A DNA stretch of 59,971 nucleotides, filler included, from 5 parts of 5 records of this genome joined end to end with filler, not necessarily neighbours in it; one strand, 5' to 3'; counted from the first letter of the whole stretch, positions 22,001 to 30,318 are shown. Notes: generated from the letters alone by a model not told the origin. Numbers and translations: made by a program.

Positions 22001-22277
22001 CGCGGTTCCACACAACGCGATTCTTCAAAACTTGCCAGTTAGTCGGTTGAAAAATTTGACCAGTAGCAATTCGCACACTTTTGCCGTGCGTATCACAATT
22101 GGATTCTTCGAGTTTGATCCAGATTCAGGTTTGGGGCGTGAGTACGGAATCGATGAAGGAACGGCAACGCGGCACCGGGGTTACTATATCATTGACCGGT
22201 CGATTCCCGTCGGGTACCGAGAGGGGCTCGATCTCAACACTGAACGATGTATCTTGATGCGTCGGATTATTGAGTAA
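16047..22277 (+). CDS. Giant PilX/GspK-like pilin-anchored protein, ~2076 aa
   Basis: MKNIRRTRKG|LILLVVLGMLSLFSLLAVSYMV (class III signal lacking E5); GRIDIN and GRINLNT motifs; DxDxDG-type loops; ATG 16047 follows GGAG. Confidence 0.8.
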   Translation: MKNIRRTRKGLILLVVLGMLSLFSLLAVSYMVVSSQSRSANFGRARQDFRGTDPAKLLDEAIRQVVRGSNDTQSVLWRNSLLGDLYGNAVRGSQSTSGNSTSQFENSDGAKTIRARRRTGTTAADVRRDFVPRRATMTTMNWLPNAAQMLYANIGSPEAPQILGGRFLRIPLDWDFDLPRQHDAWNGRVVTFMQGPLQGESFRVLRYIGEVERLDEIPTTGATPAPIQRPGHLVERASQYSITIDLAKVQQRYITIGGTRFDFASWVASNTSGAALCYADDFVSSGGSFTSYSAYNMHLNSGEQNSYGPGFRSPSVSQTMGNFAAIPALNHLAAPNNLFPPDSSTQVYRSLAVNLAFNWAHIARANGNITGYGLITPGTGTTPPVFGLLGDADESYDAADQNNPALAFIHPSGSTNPSDNIIPSFHRPALVNHIYQRVNSANPIRGTSFELIDLISTIELIQRACGRPLSWRIDNVPPGVSASGVLANNPGFDGSNDGEYSTSTYVGTPQLVINWAQWGDTNQSEQDSFENWIRWLTRGPYDVDTDGNGFAESVWTDINLPLMTSREGKLLKALAAFYIEDLGGRIDINRSGSLQQALAGHDDFTADSAISFRPNNQLPQGLGFDTADISLRHLFGGDVDLTVPLDVNDIEHLNFMRSRYAPAGTLNASMMNYWPGDQSNDLRSLWAERNLAAVTNPFSLPGFPMSRVGRAGISVDLLGNPVLYEEALAANHANQVVNDPYELGRLDSPYTIAEWERLERLSDPDRTHLPRRLEDWVFTATTPVGEREPLDRRNVGRALSPRNIAMQFPRSAQTYTTRYEFPATGANPAFTQDENHRVTTFTELVEAMSQQRWALNAAETLPRHSRSVVAQLFPLEFKQNLPLDLNRPFGNGFDDDGDGQIDEADELASHGLDDTDDGMGNTQFGVDDDGDGVIDNRHEVDESAEFARATHQRATNINATGTGLVETGIVDATTFTGEVAPEDVTDLSILYSNPESQLTSNAAGQPNVGLYDPGFRDFVNDAATSITNNNDRRLAIRQFNGDQSRQLLARHLYCLAQLILPDTYVFANSDGTAHAYGTLQRARFLAQWAVNVVDFRDADHNMTRFCFDPDPFGRSGGTLGWEPDPDLVVFGHESPDLLITESFAFHDSRISPNVQPIRPGSQQREFVRDVWRQIRLPEGSLFLEFFCPRGTVDNAQAISRPVGSTGNRQYWNATGGLNLSMVTPADYAGVSYPVWRLMMTAPQAVGNTLFDQYKDPTQRINLSYQTAEPAGQMWNGSPGNNPIFDRVVWFTNDLLTPSTNNLCEPDNSNFTLNSLFRMPGWTNPMTPDNRSLSIPRGQYLVVGPRAETFIGQQQPRNPDAMAPLDEDILPDSGLSYPQLWQPSEQSIELSGQVTLNGFGATSVTAPASSVAILQSHNAVTGAGWTGFHSGLSVSEPFPNAYYEPPTDYISNAPMTGFPNRDGYVNRSADAFASSSVDVQDITVGPLASGWETDDEGTGNPVRPKFQTRLNWSNVVLQRLANPDRPWHEELNPYITQDWMPIDLTVFSGEVSDFEVADALNHHRIRSIRRPDLANQDDSNTPENEQMPVDDPATMAIDESIPTFRFNSRQKTGAAVGIAQSIDLSAITLGSATMTTFGDVPLRAGRTFFSYHTENPYTNDWVDQTTNFDFEWAFQTNLNQARLSFNSTGSVYEHSARWMTLGDLNSRFGLLGAETTTPAVPAYPRAPLNVVRSGANDLEFAPSAPVVLNRDFVNSYELLSVLASAPGRMMQEFTAENPGMAAVDTHLMDFEMSRGANGSLSAAEKSGGAFFELVDVRNAWADTVEMLNPAVAGYERSLRTTGTGAISLADQMRHVVMSPYRAPFNRIPTYVQPGRINLNTIANPASYRALMWNAITPRSSRNAAGATLYETELNDVRRRYTSATALPLGNPHLADAFANQFPGALRSPFSAAVAPITTMQLQNSIDATLLRTDEATPQLRAVAAGAAVPHNAILQNLPVSRLKNLTSSNSHTFAVRITIGFFEFDPDSGLGREYGIDEGTATRHRGYYIIDRSIPVGYREGLDLNTERCILMRRIIE

Positions 22278-22621
22278 GCCGCTGGGACGGTGAAGTGGAT
22301 TTATCGCCTGCGAGAATGGCGTGCATAAAAATTGAGAGGGGCGTGGCGGTGAAGCTGTGTCCCTCTTTTGCGTTGTGATCGAGACTGGTCGCGCTATAGG
22401 GTGGAATAGGGTCCCAATTCCTGTGCCACGATTCTTGCATTTCGTACTCCGCGATTTCTGTCCCGTTATTTCTCCGCAGGGAATGAGTTCGAATTTGGCT
22501 GGCGGAGGAGCGAGTGGGCAACGCAGTTATTAAGTCAAGGCAGTTTATTGGTAGGGACGAGGCTACGAGTCCGTTTGAAATCACTCTTGGATTCATGGGA
22601 CTCGTGGCCTCGTCCACTACG

Positions 22622-22721
22622 NNNNNNNNNNNNNNNNNNNNNNNNNNNNNNNNNNNNNNNNNNNNTTAATTAATTAANNNNNNNNNNNNNNNNNNNNNNN
22701 NNNNNNNNNNNNNNNNNNNNN
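22622..22721. other. Artificial contig spacer
   Basis: 44 N + TTAATTAATTAA (stops in all six frames) + 44 N. Confidence 0.99.
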
Positions 22722-22841
22722 CGCAAAAACGGCAAACCACTTCTAACTTGGACAGTAAAAGACAAAGAAATAGAAGCAGTTGCGCGCAAGCACGCCGATG
22801 CCCTTATTTTTGAGCGCCCTGCTGTTGTCGGTTCAAACTAG
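22722..22841 (+). CDS. C-terminal fragment, probably glycerophosphodiester phosphodiesterase family (partial, contig edge)
   Basis: Manual translation RKNGKPLLTWTVKDKEIEAVARKHADALIFERPAVVGSN*; WTV...AD.IFE is the typical GDPD C-terminus. Confidence 0.65.
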   Translation, partial: RKNGKPLLTWTVKDKEIEAVARKHADALIFERPAVVGSN

Positions 22842-22874
22842 CATTTTTGCGTAGATACACCATCGGAGTATTGT

Positions 22875-24047
22875 GTGGATCAACGGCCGTTGACAATCTC
22901 TTTTATCCAATCGCTTGATGACATAACGCCTGCTGAGTGGAATTTATGCGCTGGGGTTGATAACCCTTTTGTTTCGCATGAATTCCTGGCCGCGCTGGAA
23001 AACTCACGAAGTGTCGGCGACCAAACCGGCTGGATGCCCTATCATATGCTGGTTCGAGAAGGTGAACCCGACGACAACGCGCCACTGAAAGCGTGTATGC
23101 CGCTGTATTTAAAAAACCAATCATACGGCGAATATGTTTTTGATCATGGTTGGGCCGATGCATTTCAGCGTGCTGGTGGACGCTATTACCCGAAGCTACA
23201 GGCAAGCATTCCGTTTACACCTGCAACAGGCCCACGCCTGCTGGTCAACACATCAAGCTTTCCAGAAGAAAAGCGCCTGCTGAAGGAAGCGTTGGCAAAT
23301 GGCTTAGCCCAAATTACCGAAAAACTGGAGCTTTCATCTGCCCACATTACCTTTATGACCCGTGAAGATGCTGCAATTGCCGAAGCAGGTAACTTCCTCG
23401 TGCGGCATGACCAGCAATTTCATTGGCACAATCATAATTATGCCAATTTTGAGCAGTTTCTAGATCAGCTTTCCTCAAGAAAACGCAAACAAATTCGTAA
23501 AGAGCGCAAGACTATTGCAGAAAGCGATATTGAAATCCAAACCCTAAGCGGCAGTGCACTCCAGGAGCATCACTGGGATGCCTTTTATCAATTTTATGTA
23601 GATACTGGCGCCCGCAAATGGGGACAGCCCTATTTAACACGGGAATTTTTTAGCGAAATCAACCGTTTAATGAATGAGCGCATCGTCTTGTTTATGTGCA
23701 GCCGCGGCGGGCGCAACATAGCTGCTGCCCTTAACTTCGTTGGCAGTAACACGATTTACGGCCGCCAGTGGGGATGCATTGAGGACCATCCGTGCTTGCA
23801 CTTCGAAGCCTGCTATTATCGGGCTATTGATTACGCCATTGAGCACGGCCTGAAAACCGTTGAGGCCGGTGCACAAGGCCCTCATAAATTGGCCAGAGGG
23901 TATGAGCCCGTGAAGACAACCAGCGTACATTATATTGCTAATCCGTCTTTCCGTGATGCTGTTGAGCAGTTTCTTGACCAGGAACGGCGAGGTGTTGACG
24001 CAGATATTAACTATCTGGCGACACGTACACCCTTCAAAAAGGCTTAA
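22875..24047 (+). CDS. FemAB-like GNAT-fold protein (DUF482 / peptidoglycan biosynthesis-recognition family)
   Basis: SYGEYVFDHGWA, YYPKL...PFTPATGPRLL, LHFEACYY, EAGAQGPHKLARGY. Confidence 0.9.
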   Translation: MDQRPLTISFIQSLDDITPAEWNLCAGVDNPFVSHEFLAALENSRSVGDQTGWMPYHMLVREGEPDDNAPLKACMPLYLKNQSYGEYVFDHGWADAFQRAGGRYYPKLQASIPFTPATGPRLLVNTSSFPEEKRLLKEALANGLAQITEKLELSSAHITFMTREDAAIAEAGNFLVRHDQQFHWHNHNYANFEQFLDQLSSRKRKQIRKERKTIAESDIEIQTLSGSALQEHHWDAFYQFYVDTGARKWGQPYLTREFFSEINRLMNERIVLFMCSRGGRNIAAALNFVGSNTIYGRQWGCIEDHPCLHFEACYYRAIDYAIEHGLKTVEAGAQGPHKLARGYEPVKTTSVHYIANPSFRDAVEQFLDQERRGVDADINYLATRTPFKKA

Positions 24048-24589
24048 AATTTAATAGGGTCATTTCGCCCAATGCGGTACAATACATGCGGCCTAATCGG
24101 GTGCCCCGCCGGAATAGCAGGGTGTTCAAAGTCCGCTGACCTGTCACGTAGCATTCCAATTTTTTCCATAACACGCATTGATGGTGTGTTGCTTTCGGCA
24201 GTAAAGGATACCACCTCATCCAACTGTAATTTTGAGAAGGCATACATCAGACAGGCACGCGCACCCTCAGGTGCTAAGCCTCTGCCCCAAAAGCGTTTAT
24301 CAAGCCGCCATCCAATTTCCACCGCAGGCGAAAAAGCAAGCTCAGGCGGGGTATTTTCAATACCGATAAAGCCTATAAACTCGCCCGTTTCCCGCAGCTC
24401 TGCTGCCCAAAACCCAAAGTCATACTGCTTGATGTGTGCCGAAAATCTATCAACACTGGCATCACTTTCTGCGCGCGTTCTAACTTTGTCGAAAAAACGC
24501 ATTACATCTGTGTCAGCATTCATTTCAGCAAAGGAAGCGCGATCAGCAGTTTGCCATTGCCGCAAAATCAAACGGTCCGTGGTCAACAT
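24044..24589 (-). CDS. RimJ/RimL-family GNAT N-acetyltransferase
   Basis: TDRLILR, VEIGWRL...WGRGLA.EGA, N.PSMRVMEKIGM; its stop overlaps the convergent gene by 4 nt. Confidence 0.9.
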   Translation of the reverse strand: MLTTDRLILRQWQTADRASFAEMNADTDVMRFFDKVRTRAESDASVDRFSAHIKQYDFGFWAAELRETGEFIGFIGIENTPPELAFSPAVEIGWRLDKRFWGRGLAPEGARACLMYAFSKLQLDEVVSFTAESNTPSMRVMEKIGMLRDRSADFEHPAIPAGHPIRPHVLYRIGRNDPIKF

Positions 24590-24613
24590 AGGGTTACCTG
24601 CCGCAAATAATGG

Positions 24614-27010
24614 TTATTTCACTGGTACTTTAGACTTGCCTTTTGCACTGCCACCGCGTCCTTTTTTACCGCCTGCTGCTGGTACTTTCGCGCTAGAAGC
24701 CTTTTTACGTGGATTTGGAGCAGATTTGGGCGCATGAGCCGATATTTCGAACGTCAATTCATCGTCCTTCAATTTGACGATCACCTCACCGCCCTTAGCC
24801 AACTGGCCAAACAACAGCTCGTCCGCCAGCGGTGTTTTTATCTTGTCCTGAATAACCCGTTCCAAAGGCCGTGCACCATAATGACGGTCATAGCCTTTTT
24901 CGGCCAGCCATTCTTTCGCAGGCTCTTCGAGCGTAATTTCAACGCCCCTGTCAGCCAACTGCAATTCGAGCTGTAAAATGAACTTCTCAACTACCTTGGC
25001 AACCACTTCCGGTGGTAGGAAGTTGAAGTTAATTGTTGAATCCAATCGATTACGGAACTCTGGACTAAACATCTGTTTTATAGCTTCATCGCTAGCACCA
25101 TCATTGGTTTCACGGCCAAAGCCAATTGCTGATTTTGACAGGTCTTTCGCACCAGCATTTGTGGTCATAATCAAAATGACATTTCTGAAATCAATTTTCT
25201 TGCCGTTATGGTCGGTAAGCGTTCCATTATCCATAACCTGCAACAAAACATTAAACAGATCTGGATGTGCCTTCTCGATTTCGTCCAATAGCAAAACACA
25301 ATGCGGATGCTGATCAACTGCATCTGTAAGCAATCCGCCTTGATCAAAGCCTACATACCCGGGAGGCGCACCAATGAGACGTGAAATCGAATGTCGTTCC
25401 ATATATTCCGACATATCAAACCGGTGCAATTCAACACCCAAAAGTGCTGAAAGCTGGCGTGCAACTTCAGTTTTACCAACGCCTGTAGGGCCTGCAAACA
25501 AATAAGACCCAATTGGCTTGTTAGGCTGACGCAGCCCAGCCCGCGATAATTTGATAGAAGCCGATAGCGCAGAAATTGCAGCATCTTGCCCATAAACGAC
25601 CCGCTTAAGGTCAGCTTCAAGCGTAAACATCACCCGACTTTCATCCCGGGTGACCGTTTTAGGCGGAATGCGCGCAATTTTAGCCACCACCGCTTCAATA
25701 TCTTTAACACTGATGGTCTTCTTGCGTTTGGACGGCGGCAACAGCATTTGCGCGGCCCCGGTTTCGTCAATCACATCAATTGCTTTGTCGGGCAACTTTC
25801 TATCGGTGATATAGCGGTCTGCAAGCTCAACGGCTGTTTTAAGCGCATCCAGCGTATAGCGCACGCTGTGATGGTCTTCGAAATATGTCTTGAGGCCCTT
25901 AAGAATTTTTACCGTGTCATCAACACTTGGTTCATTCACATCAATTTTTTGAAAACGCCTTAACAAGGCGCGATCTTTCTCAAAATGGCTTCTAAACTCT
26001 TTATATGTGGTTGACCCCATGCAACGAATAGCGCCGCTTGCTAGTGCAGGCTTCAACAAATTAGAGGCGTCCATCGCACCACCAGAAGTGGCCCCAGCGC
26101 CGATAACCGTATGAATTTCGTCAATAAACAACACTGAGCCTTCAACGCCTTCCAGTTCTGTAACAACGGCTTTCAAGCGTTCCTCAAAGTCACCTCGGTA
26201 ACGTGTACCAGCAAGTAACGCCCCCATATCCAAAGAAAAAATAATCGAGTCTGCTAAAACCTCAGGAACTGCATTTTCGGTAATACGGCGCGCAAGTCCT
26301 TCCGCGATCGCGGTTTTTCCTACACCTGGATCACCGACCAAAAGTGGGTTATTTTTAGACCGACGGCAAAGAATTTGTACCGCACGTTCCAGTTCCGCAT
26401 CCCTGCCAATCAGCGGGTCAATTTTACCGTCCTTGGCTTTTTCATTGAGATTGACACAGTAATTTTTCAAAGCGCTATTTTTCGCCTGGTCACCACCTTT
26501 TTCTGCACCCTCAGCACCCACAGCCTCGTCATCGGCACCGTGCACATGCCGACTTTCGCCGAGCTCAGGAACCTTTGCAATACCGTGCGATATGTAACTC
26601 ACCGCATCTAGCCTCGTCATATCCTGACTTTGAAGGAAATAAACCGCATGGCTTTCGCGTTCAGAAAATAGTGCAACCAACAAGTTGGCACCGGTCATTT
26701 CTTCGCGGCCAGATGATTGCACATGCAATAACGCACGTTGCACGACACGCTGAAAACCGGCTGTTGGGGTTGCTTCAATGCCGTCTGTTTGAACAGCAAG
26801 GCCGTCCATTTCGCTATCAAGATAATCGACAACGTCTTTTCGCAGCACCACCAAGTCAACATCACATGCTTTTAAAACAGCAATAGCGTCGGGGTCATCC
26901 AGAAGAGATAATAGTAAATGTTCTAATGTCGCATATTCGTGACTGCGGTTATTAGCCTCGCTAAGCGCACGATGCAGTGTTTCTTCCAGATGGGGTGAAA
27001 AACTTGGCAA
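24614..27010 (-). CDS. clpA: ATP-dependent Clp protease ATP-binding subunit ClpA
   Basis: Two AAA modules (GDPGVGKT, GPTGVGKT), Clp N-domain, directly downstream of clpS; TTG start after AAGGA. Confidence 0.96.
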   Translation of the reverse strand: MPSFSPHLEETLHRALSEANNRSHEYATLEHLLLSLLDDPDAIAVLKACDVDLVVLRKDVVDYLDSEMDGLAVQTDGIEATPTAGFQRVVQRALLHVQSSGREEMTGANLLVALFSERESHAVYFLQSQDMTRLDAVSYISHGIAKVPELGESRHVHGADDEAVGAEGAEKGGDQAKNSALKNYCVNLNEKAKDGKIDPLIGRDAELERAVQILCRRSKNNPLLVGDPGVGKTAIAEGLARRITENAVPEVLADSIIFSLDMGALLAGTRYRGDFEERLKAVVTELEGVEGSVLFIDEIHTVIGAGATSGGAMDASNLLKPALASGAIRCMGSTTYKEFRSHFEKDRALLRRFQKIDVNEPSVDDTVKILKGLKTYFEDHHSVRYTLDALKTAVELADRYITDRKLPDKAIDVIDETGAAQMLLPPSKRKKTISVKDIEAVVAKIARIPPKTVTRDESRVMFTLEADLKRVVYGQDAAISALSASIKLSRAGLRQPNKPIGSYLFAGPTGVGKTEVARQLSALLGVELHRFDMSEYMERHSISRLIGAPPGYVGFDQGGLLTDAVDQHPHCVLLLDEIEKAHPDLFNVLLQVMDNGTLTDHNGKKIDFRNVILIMTTNAGAKDLSKSAIGFGRETNDGASDEAIKQMFSPEFRNRLDSTINFNFLPPEVVAKVVEKFILQLELQLADRGVEITLEEPAKEWLAEKGYDRHYGARPLERVIQDKIKTPLADELLFGQLAKGGEVIVKLKDDELTFEISAHAPKSAPNPRKKASSAKVPAAGGKKGRGGSAKGKSKVPVK

Positions 27011-27055
27011 ACTTTATTCCTTTATATTTTTCGGTCGGCTCAAAATGTCAGCGCT

Positions 27056-27385
27056 TCAGTCTTTTTCAAGCGTGCATTGTAACGGATGATCATGCTGTTT
27101 CGCGAGCGACATCACCTGATTAACCTTTGTTTCAGCAACTTCGTAGGTAAACACACCGCATACACCCACACCCTTTTGGTGCACGTGCAACATCACTTCG
27201 GTGGCTTGCTCCATTGTCATGCGAAAATAACGCTGCAATACATGCACAACAAACTCCATCGGTGTGAAATCGTCATTCAATAACAAGACTTTATACATCG
27301 ATGGTTTTTTTGTTTTAACGTCTGGGCGTGTCAGAACACCAGTGCCGCTGCCGCCGTGATCGTCATCTTTGTCTTTATCGGACAT
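27056..27385 (-). CDS. clpS: Clp adaptor ClpS
   Basis: [30 protein letters not shown]. Confidence 0.97.
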   Translation of the reverse strand: MSDKDKDDDHGGSGTGVLTRPDVKTKKPSMYKVLLLNDDFTPMEFVVHVLQRYFRMTMEQATEVMLHVHQKGVGVCGVFTYEVAETKVNQVMSLAKQHDHPLQCTLEKD

Positions 27386-27523
27386 TTTTTCTCCGGAGTG
27401 CTCTATCCTTACAATGTAATATGTATCCTGCAGACTAAAAGAGCAAAAGTTTAATAAACTTGATTTTTACACACCCTTAGTCAGCAGTGACATCAAACAA
27501 GCCATAAACGCGCCATCAGGAGC

Positions 27524-28903
27524 CTATAAGTCTTCAGGGGCATCAACACCGGATTCAGCCAAAGCACCCGCAAGCGCAGCTTTCAAGCGCGACAGCCCCG
27601 CCTCATTTGACGCTTCACATCGTGCCACCAAAACCGCCTGTGTATTAGATGCTCGCAGTAACCACCAACCATCTTCCGTTTGAACGCGCACACCGTCCAT
27701 AGTCGACATTTTGGCACCCGCTGCCGTCAATCGAGCTTTAACTTCTTCAACGACCTCGAATTTACGGGTTTCACCACATTCGAACCTTAGTTCTGGTGTA
27801 TTAATCGCTTTGGGTAGCCCGTCTTTCAAAGCATCCAGATCACCGCCTTGAACGGTGATGGCATTTAAAAACCTTATACCGGCATATATGGCGTCATCGT
27901 GACCATAGAATTTGTGCTTATAGAAAATATGACCTGACATTTCACCTGCGAGCGGTGACCCCAGTTCAACCATCTTTTCCTTAATAAGAGAATGGCCTGT
28001 TTTCCACATTACGGGCTCACCGCCCAACTCGGCAACACGATCAAAAAGCACCTGGCTTGCCTTAACATCAGCAATGATCGGCGCCCCTGGAAGTTCACGC
28101 AGCAAATCGCCGGCCATTATCGCCAGCATCTGGTCGCCCCAGACAACCCTGCCCTGACTATCCACAGCACCAATACGGTCACCGTCACCATCAAACGATA
28201 GGCCAATATCATAACCATGCTCTGCCACTGCATCTTTAAGCTGTTCCAGATTGGCTTCCACAGTTGGGTCTGCATGATGGTTTGGGAATGTACCATCAAT
28301 TTCACCGTTGATAACAATATGCTCGCCCGGCAAACGCTTCACAAGCTCAACAACAGCATCACCGGCAGAGCCATTTGCTGGGTCCCAAACGACTTTAAAG
28401 TCACCAAAGTCCACATCACGCGCAAGCCGGTCCAGATAACGATCAAAAATATTGATGTCTGTTCGCTTGCCTTCGCCTTGTTCGAAGTCCCCATTATTCG
28501 CCAAAACACCCAATTCCTGAATTGCTTTGCCAAAACAGGGCTTTTTGCCAATCATAATTTTGAAGCCATTATAATTAGGTGGGTTGTGCGAGCCTGTAAT
28601 CATTACACAGCCATCTGAATCAAGCTCAAAAACTGAGTAATAAATCATCGGTGTTGGGCCAAGGCCAACCATATCAACATCAACGCCGGTGCCAAGCACC
28701 CCTTCCACCAGGGCTTCTGACAGCGAAGGTGAGGACAAACGCCCGTCATACCCAACACAAATACGGCTACCGCCAGCGCGTTTTACAGTTGTACCAATTG
28801 CCCGGCCTAAAGCTGCAGCGTCGGCAACGCCGATGGTTTCATCGACTATGCCTCGAACGTCATATTCGCGCAGAACCGTGGGGTGGAATGTATGTGATGT
28901 CAT
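27524..28903 (-). CDS. Phosphomannomutase/phosphoglucomutase (AlgC/PgmG type)
   Basis: REYDVRG, catalytic TGSHNP, metal loop DGDGDR, GEMSGH, RASNT. Confidence 0.95.
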   Translation of the reverse strand: MTSHTFHPTVLREYDVRGIVDETIGVADAAALGRAIGTTVKRAGGSRICVGYDGRLSSPSLSEALVEGVLGTGVDVDMVGLGPTPMIYYSVFELDSDGCVMITGSHNPPNYNGFKIMIGKKPCFGKAIQELGVLANNGDFEQGEGKRTDINIFDRYLDRLARDVDFGDFKVVWDPANGSAGDAVVELVKRLPGEHIVINGEIDGTFPNHHADPTVEANLEQLKDAVAEHGYDIGLSFDGDGDRIGAVDSQGRVVWGDQMLAIMAGDLLRELPGAPIIADVKASQVLFDRVAELGGEPVMWKTGHSLIKEKMVELGSPLAGEMSGHIFYKHKFYGHDDAIYAGIRFLNAITVQGGDLDALKDGLPKAINTPELRFECGETRKFEVVEEVKARLTAAGAKMSTMDGVRVQTEDGWWLLRASNTQAVLVARCEASNEAGLSRLKAALAGALAESGVDAPEDL

Positions 28904-28989
28904 TGTAATCTCTCGTTTATATGTAGTTTCACAATATCGCCTTATAACAACAGATAATCAACTTGATTGTCTTAGAAGAGGGCGGCCTG

Positions 28990-29451
28990 TTACCCCAACA
29001 GTGTCTTGCGTGCTTCATTCAATTTTGCCGCCATCCAGTCAGACCCACCCTTATCAGGGTGTAGTTGGCCCATAAGGCGGCGAAAAGCTTCGTTTACTTG
29101 ATCATCGGTCGCGCCCTCTTCCAAGCCGAGAACGTCCAACGCTTCATCTCGACTCATGAGGGCCTGCCCCGAAGTTTTAGGGCCATCAAAAGTCTTTTTG
29201 CCGAAATCGAAATTTTTCAGGAGCTTTGACGCGATGGCAGGGCCAAACATGCGCAGCCCAGCATATATTGCAGGCAAGGCAGCCAACAGGGCCTTACCAG
29301 TTGCCAGCAATATTAGCGCTAACAAAATGCATATACCAATAACACCCCACATCAGACTGCGCTTGGCAGAGGCGACCTTGGCATTGGCCCACCAGTTCAT
29401 CATCACCAGAAGCAAAACCGCTAAAATAATTCCAATGATAAAAAATGGCAT
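28990..29451 (-). CDS. Membrane-anchored small J-domain protein (Pam18/Tim14-like, TimB type)
   Basis: N-terminal hydrophobic helices; C-terminal MSRDEALDVLGL...HPDKGGS...AKLNEARKTLL. Confidence 0.85.
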   Translation of the reverse strand: MPFFIIGIILAVLLLVMMNWWANAKVASAKRSLMWGVIGICILLALILLATGKALLAALPAIYAGLRMFGPAIASKLLKNFDFGKKTFDGPKTSGQALMSRDEALDVLGLEEGATDDQVNEAFRRLMGQLHPDKGGSDWMAAKLNEARKTLLG

Positions 29452-29454
29452 AAG

Positions 29455-30318
29455 CTAACTTACCTTTGCGCGTCGGAAAGGCAGGTCAAGCGCGTTTATC
29501 AAGGCGCGGAGCTCCTGCCGGGCGGCAACATGCGACAATGACAGTCCCCGGCCATCCAAGCCACCTTCTTGCTTGAGGTCAATGAGTGTTAACCCGCGCA
29601 AAAATAACTCTCGGTAAACTACACGCTCCGCCAAACCGGAAACATAACGAACGCCAATACGTTTCGTTAGCTCTGAAAGCGCTGCCTCGACGCGTTCCTT
29701 ATTTTTCGCGTGCAGCGTACCAACTCGGTTTCTAAGCACTACCCAGTCGATCGAGCTGCCGTCTGCCATCTGTCGGCGCTGACGCGCCTTCCATACCATT
29801 TCAGAATATAGGCTTGGCCCCTGAACAGCATATGTTTTCGGGTCAATACGCGCAAGAAGGTCAAGGTCGACAAAACTATCATTCACTGGCGTTACGATTG
29901 TGTCGGCGGCAGTGTGGGCAAGGCGCGACAAAAACGTATCGCTGCCAGGGCAATCAATCACCACAACGTCCACTTTGCCAAGTAGGCTTAGGTAAGCCAG
30001 CTCAAACCGGTGCTTTTCATCAGCCTCGGCTTCATCGGAAGTGCGCAATTCTGACTTGGGCACCACAAGTTCCTGCGGCATGGCCATGGATAAACCATTT
30101 TCATCACAATAACTGCGGCGGTTTTCAATATACCGGGTGAGGCTTTTTTGTCGGGCATCCAAATCTATAGTGCCAACTTTATAGCCTTCCGCCAGCAGTG
30201 ACACCACAATATGCATGGCCGTTGTTGATTTGCCAGAGCCGCCCTTTTCGTTGCCAAGGACAATTACATAGGGCCGATCAGGCATGCCTTCAGGTCTTTT
30301 AAGATCGTTGTCTGGCAC
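29455..30318 (-). CDS. mipZ: Division plane positioning ATPase MipZ
   Basis: GNEKGGSGKST deviant Walker A, IDLDARQ, TPVNDSFVDLD, DWVVLRNR, ERVVYRELF.GLTL. Confidence 0.92.
   Translation of the reverse strand: MPDNDLKRPEGMPDRPYVIVLGNEKGGSGKSTTAMHIVVSLLAEGYKVGTIDLDARQKSLTRYIENRRSYCDENGLSMAMPQELVVPKSELRTSDEAEADEKHRFELAYLSLLGKVDVVVIDCPGSDTFLSRLAHTAADTIVTPVNDSFVDLDLLARIDPKTYAVQGPSLYSEMVWKARQRRQMADGSSIDWVVLRNRVGTLHAKNKERVEAALSELTKRIGVRYVSGLAERVVYRELFLRGLTLIDLKQEGGLDGRGLSLSHVAARQELRALINALDLPFRRAKVS

Noticed and set aside
22414-22440. Near sigma-54 motifs on both strands (TGCCACGATTCTTGCA; TGGCACAGGAATTGG)
   Set aside because: Each has a mismatch at an essentially invariant -24 GG or -12 GC position, and the downstream gene is off-contig
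24614-24740. Lys/Gly-rich C-terminal tail of ClpA
   Set aside because: Low-complexity tails are common on alphaproteobacterial ClpA; no sign of a separate domain
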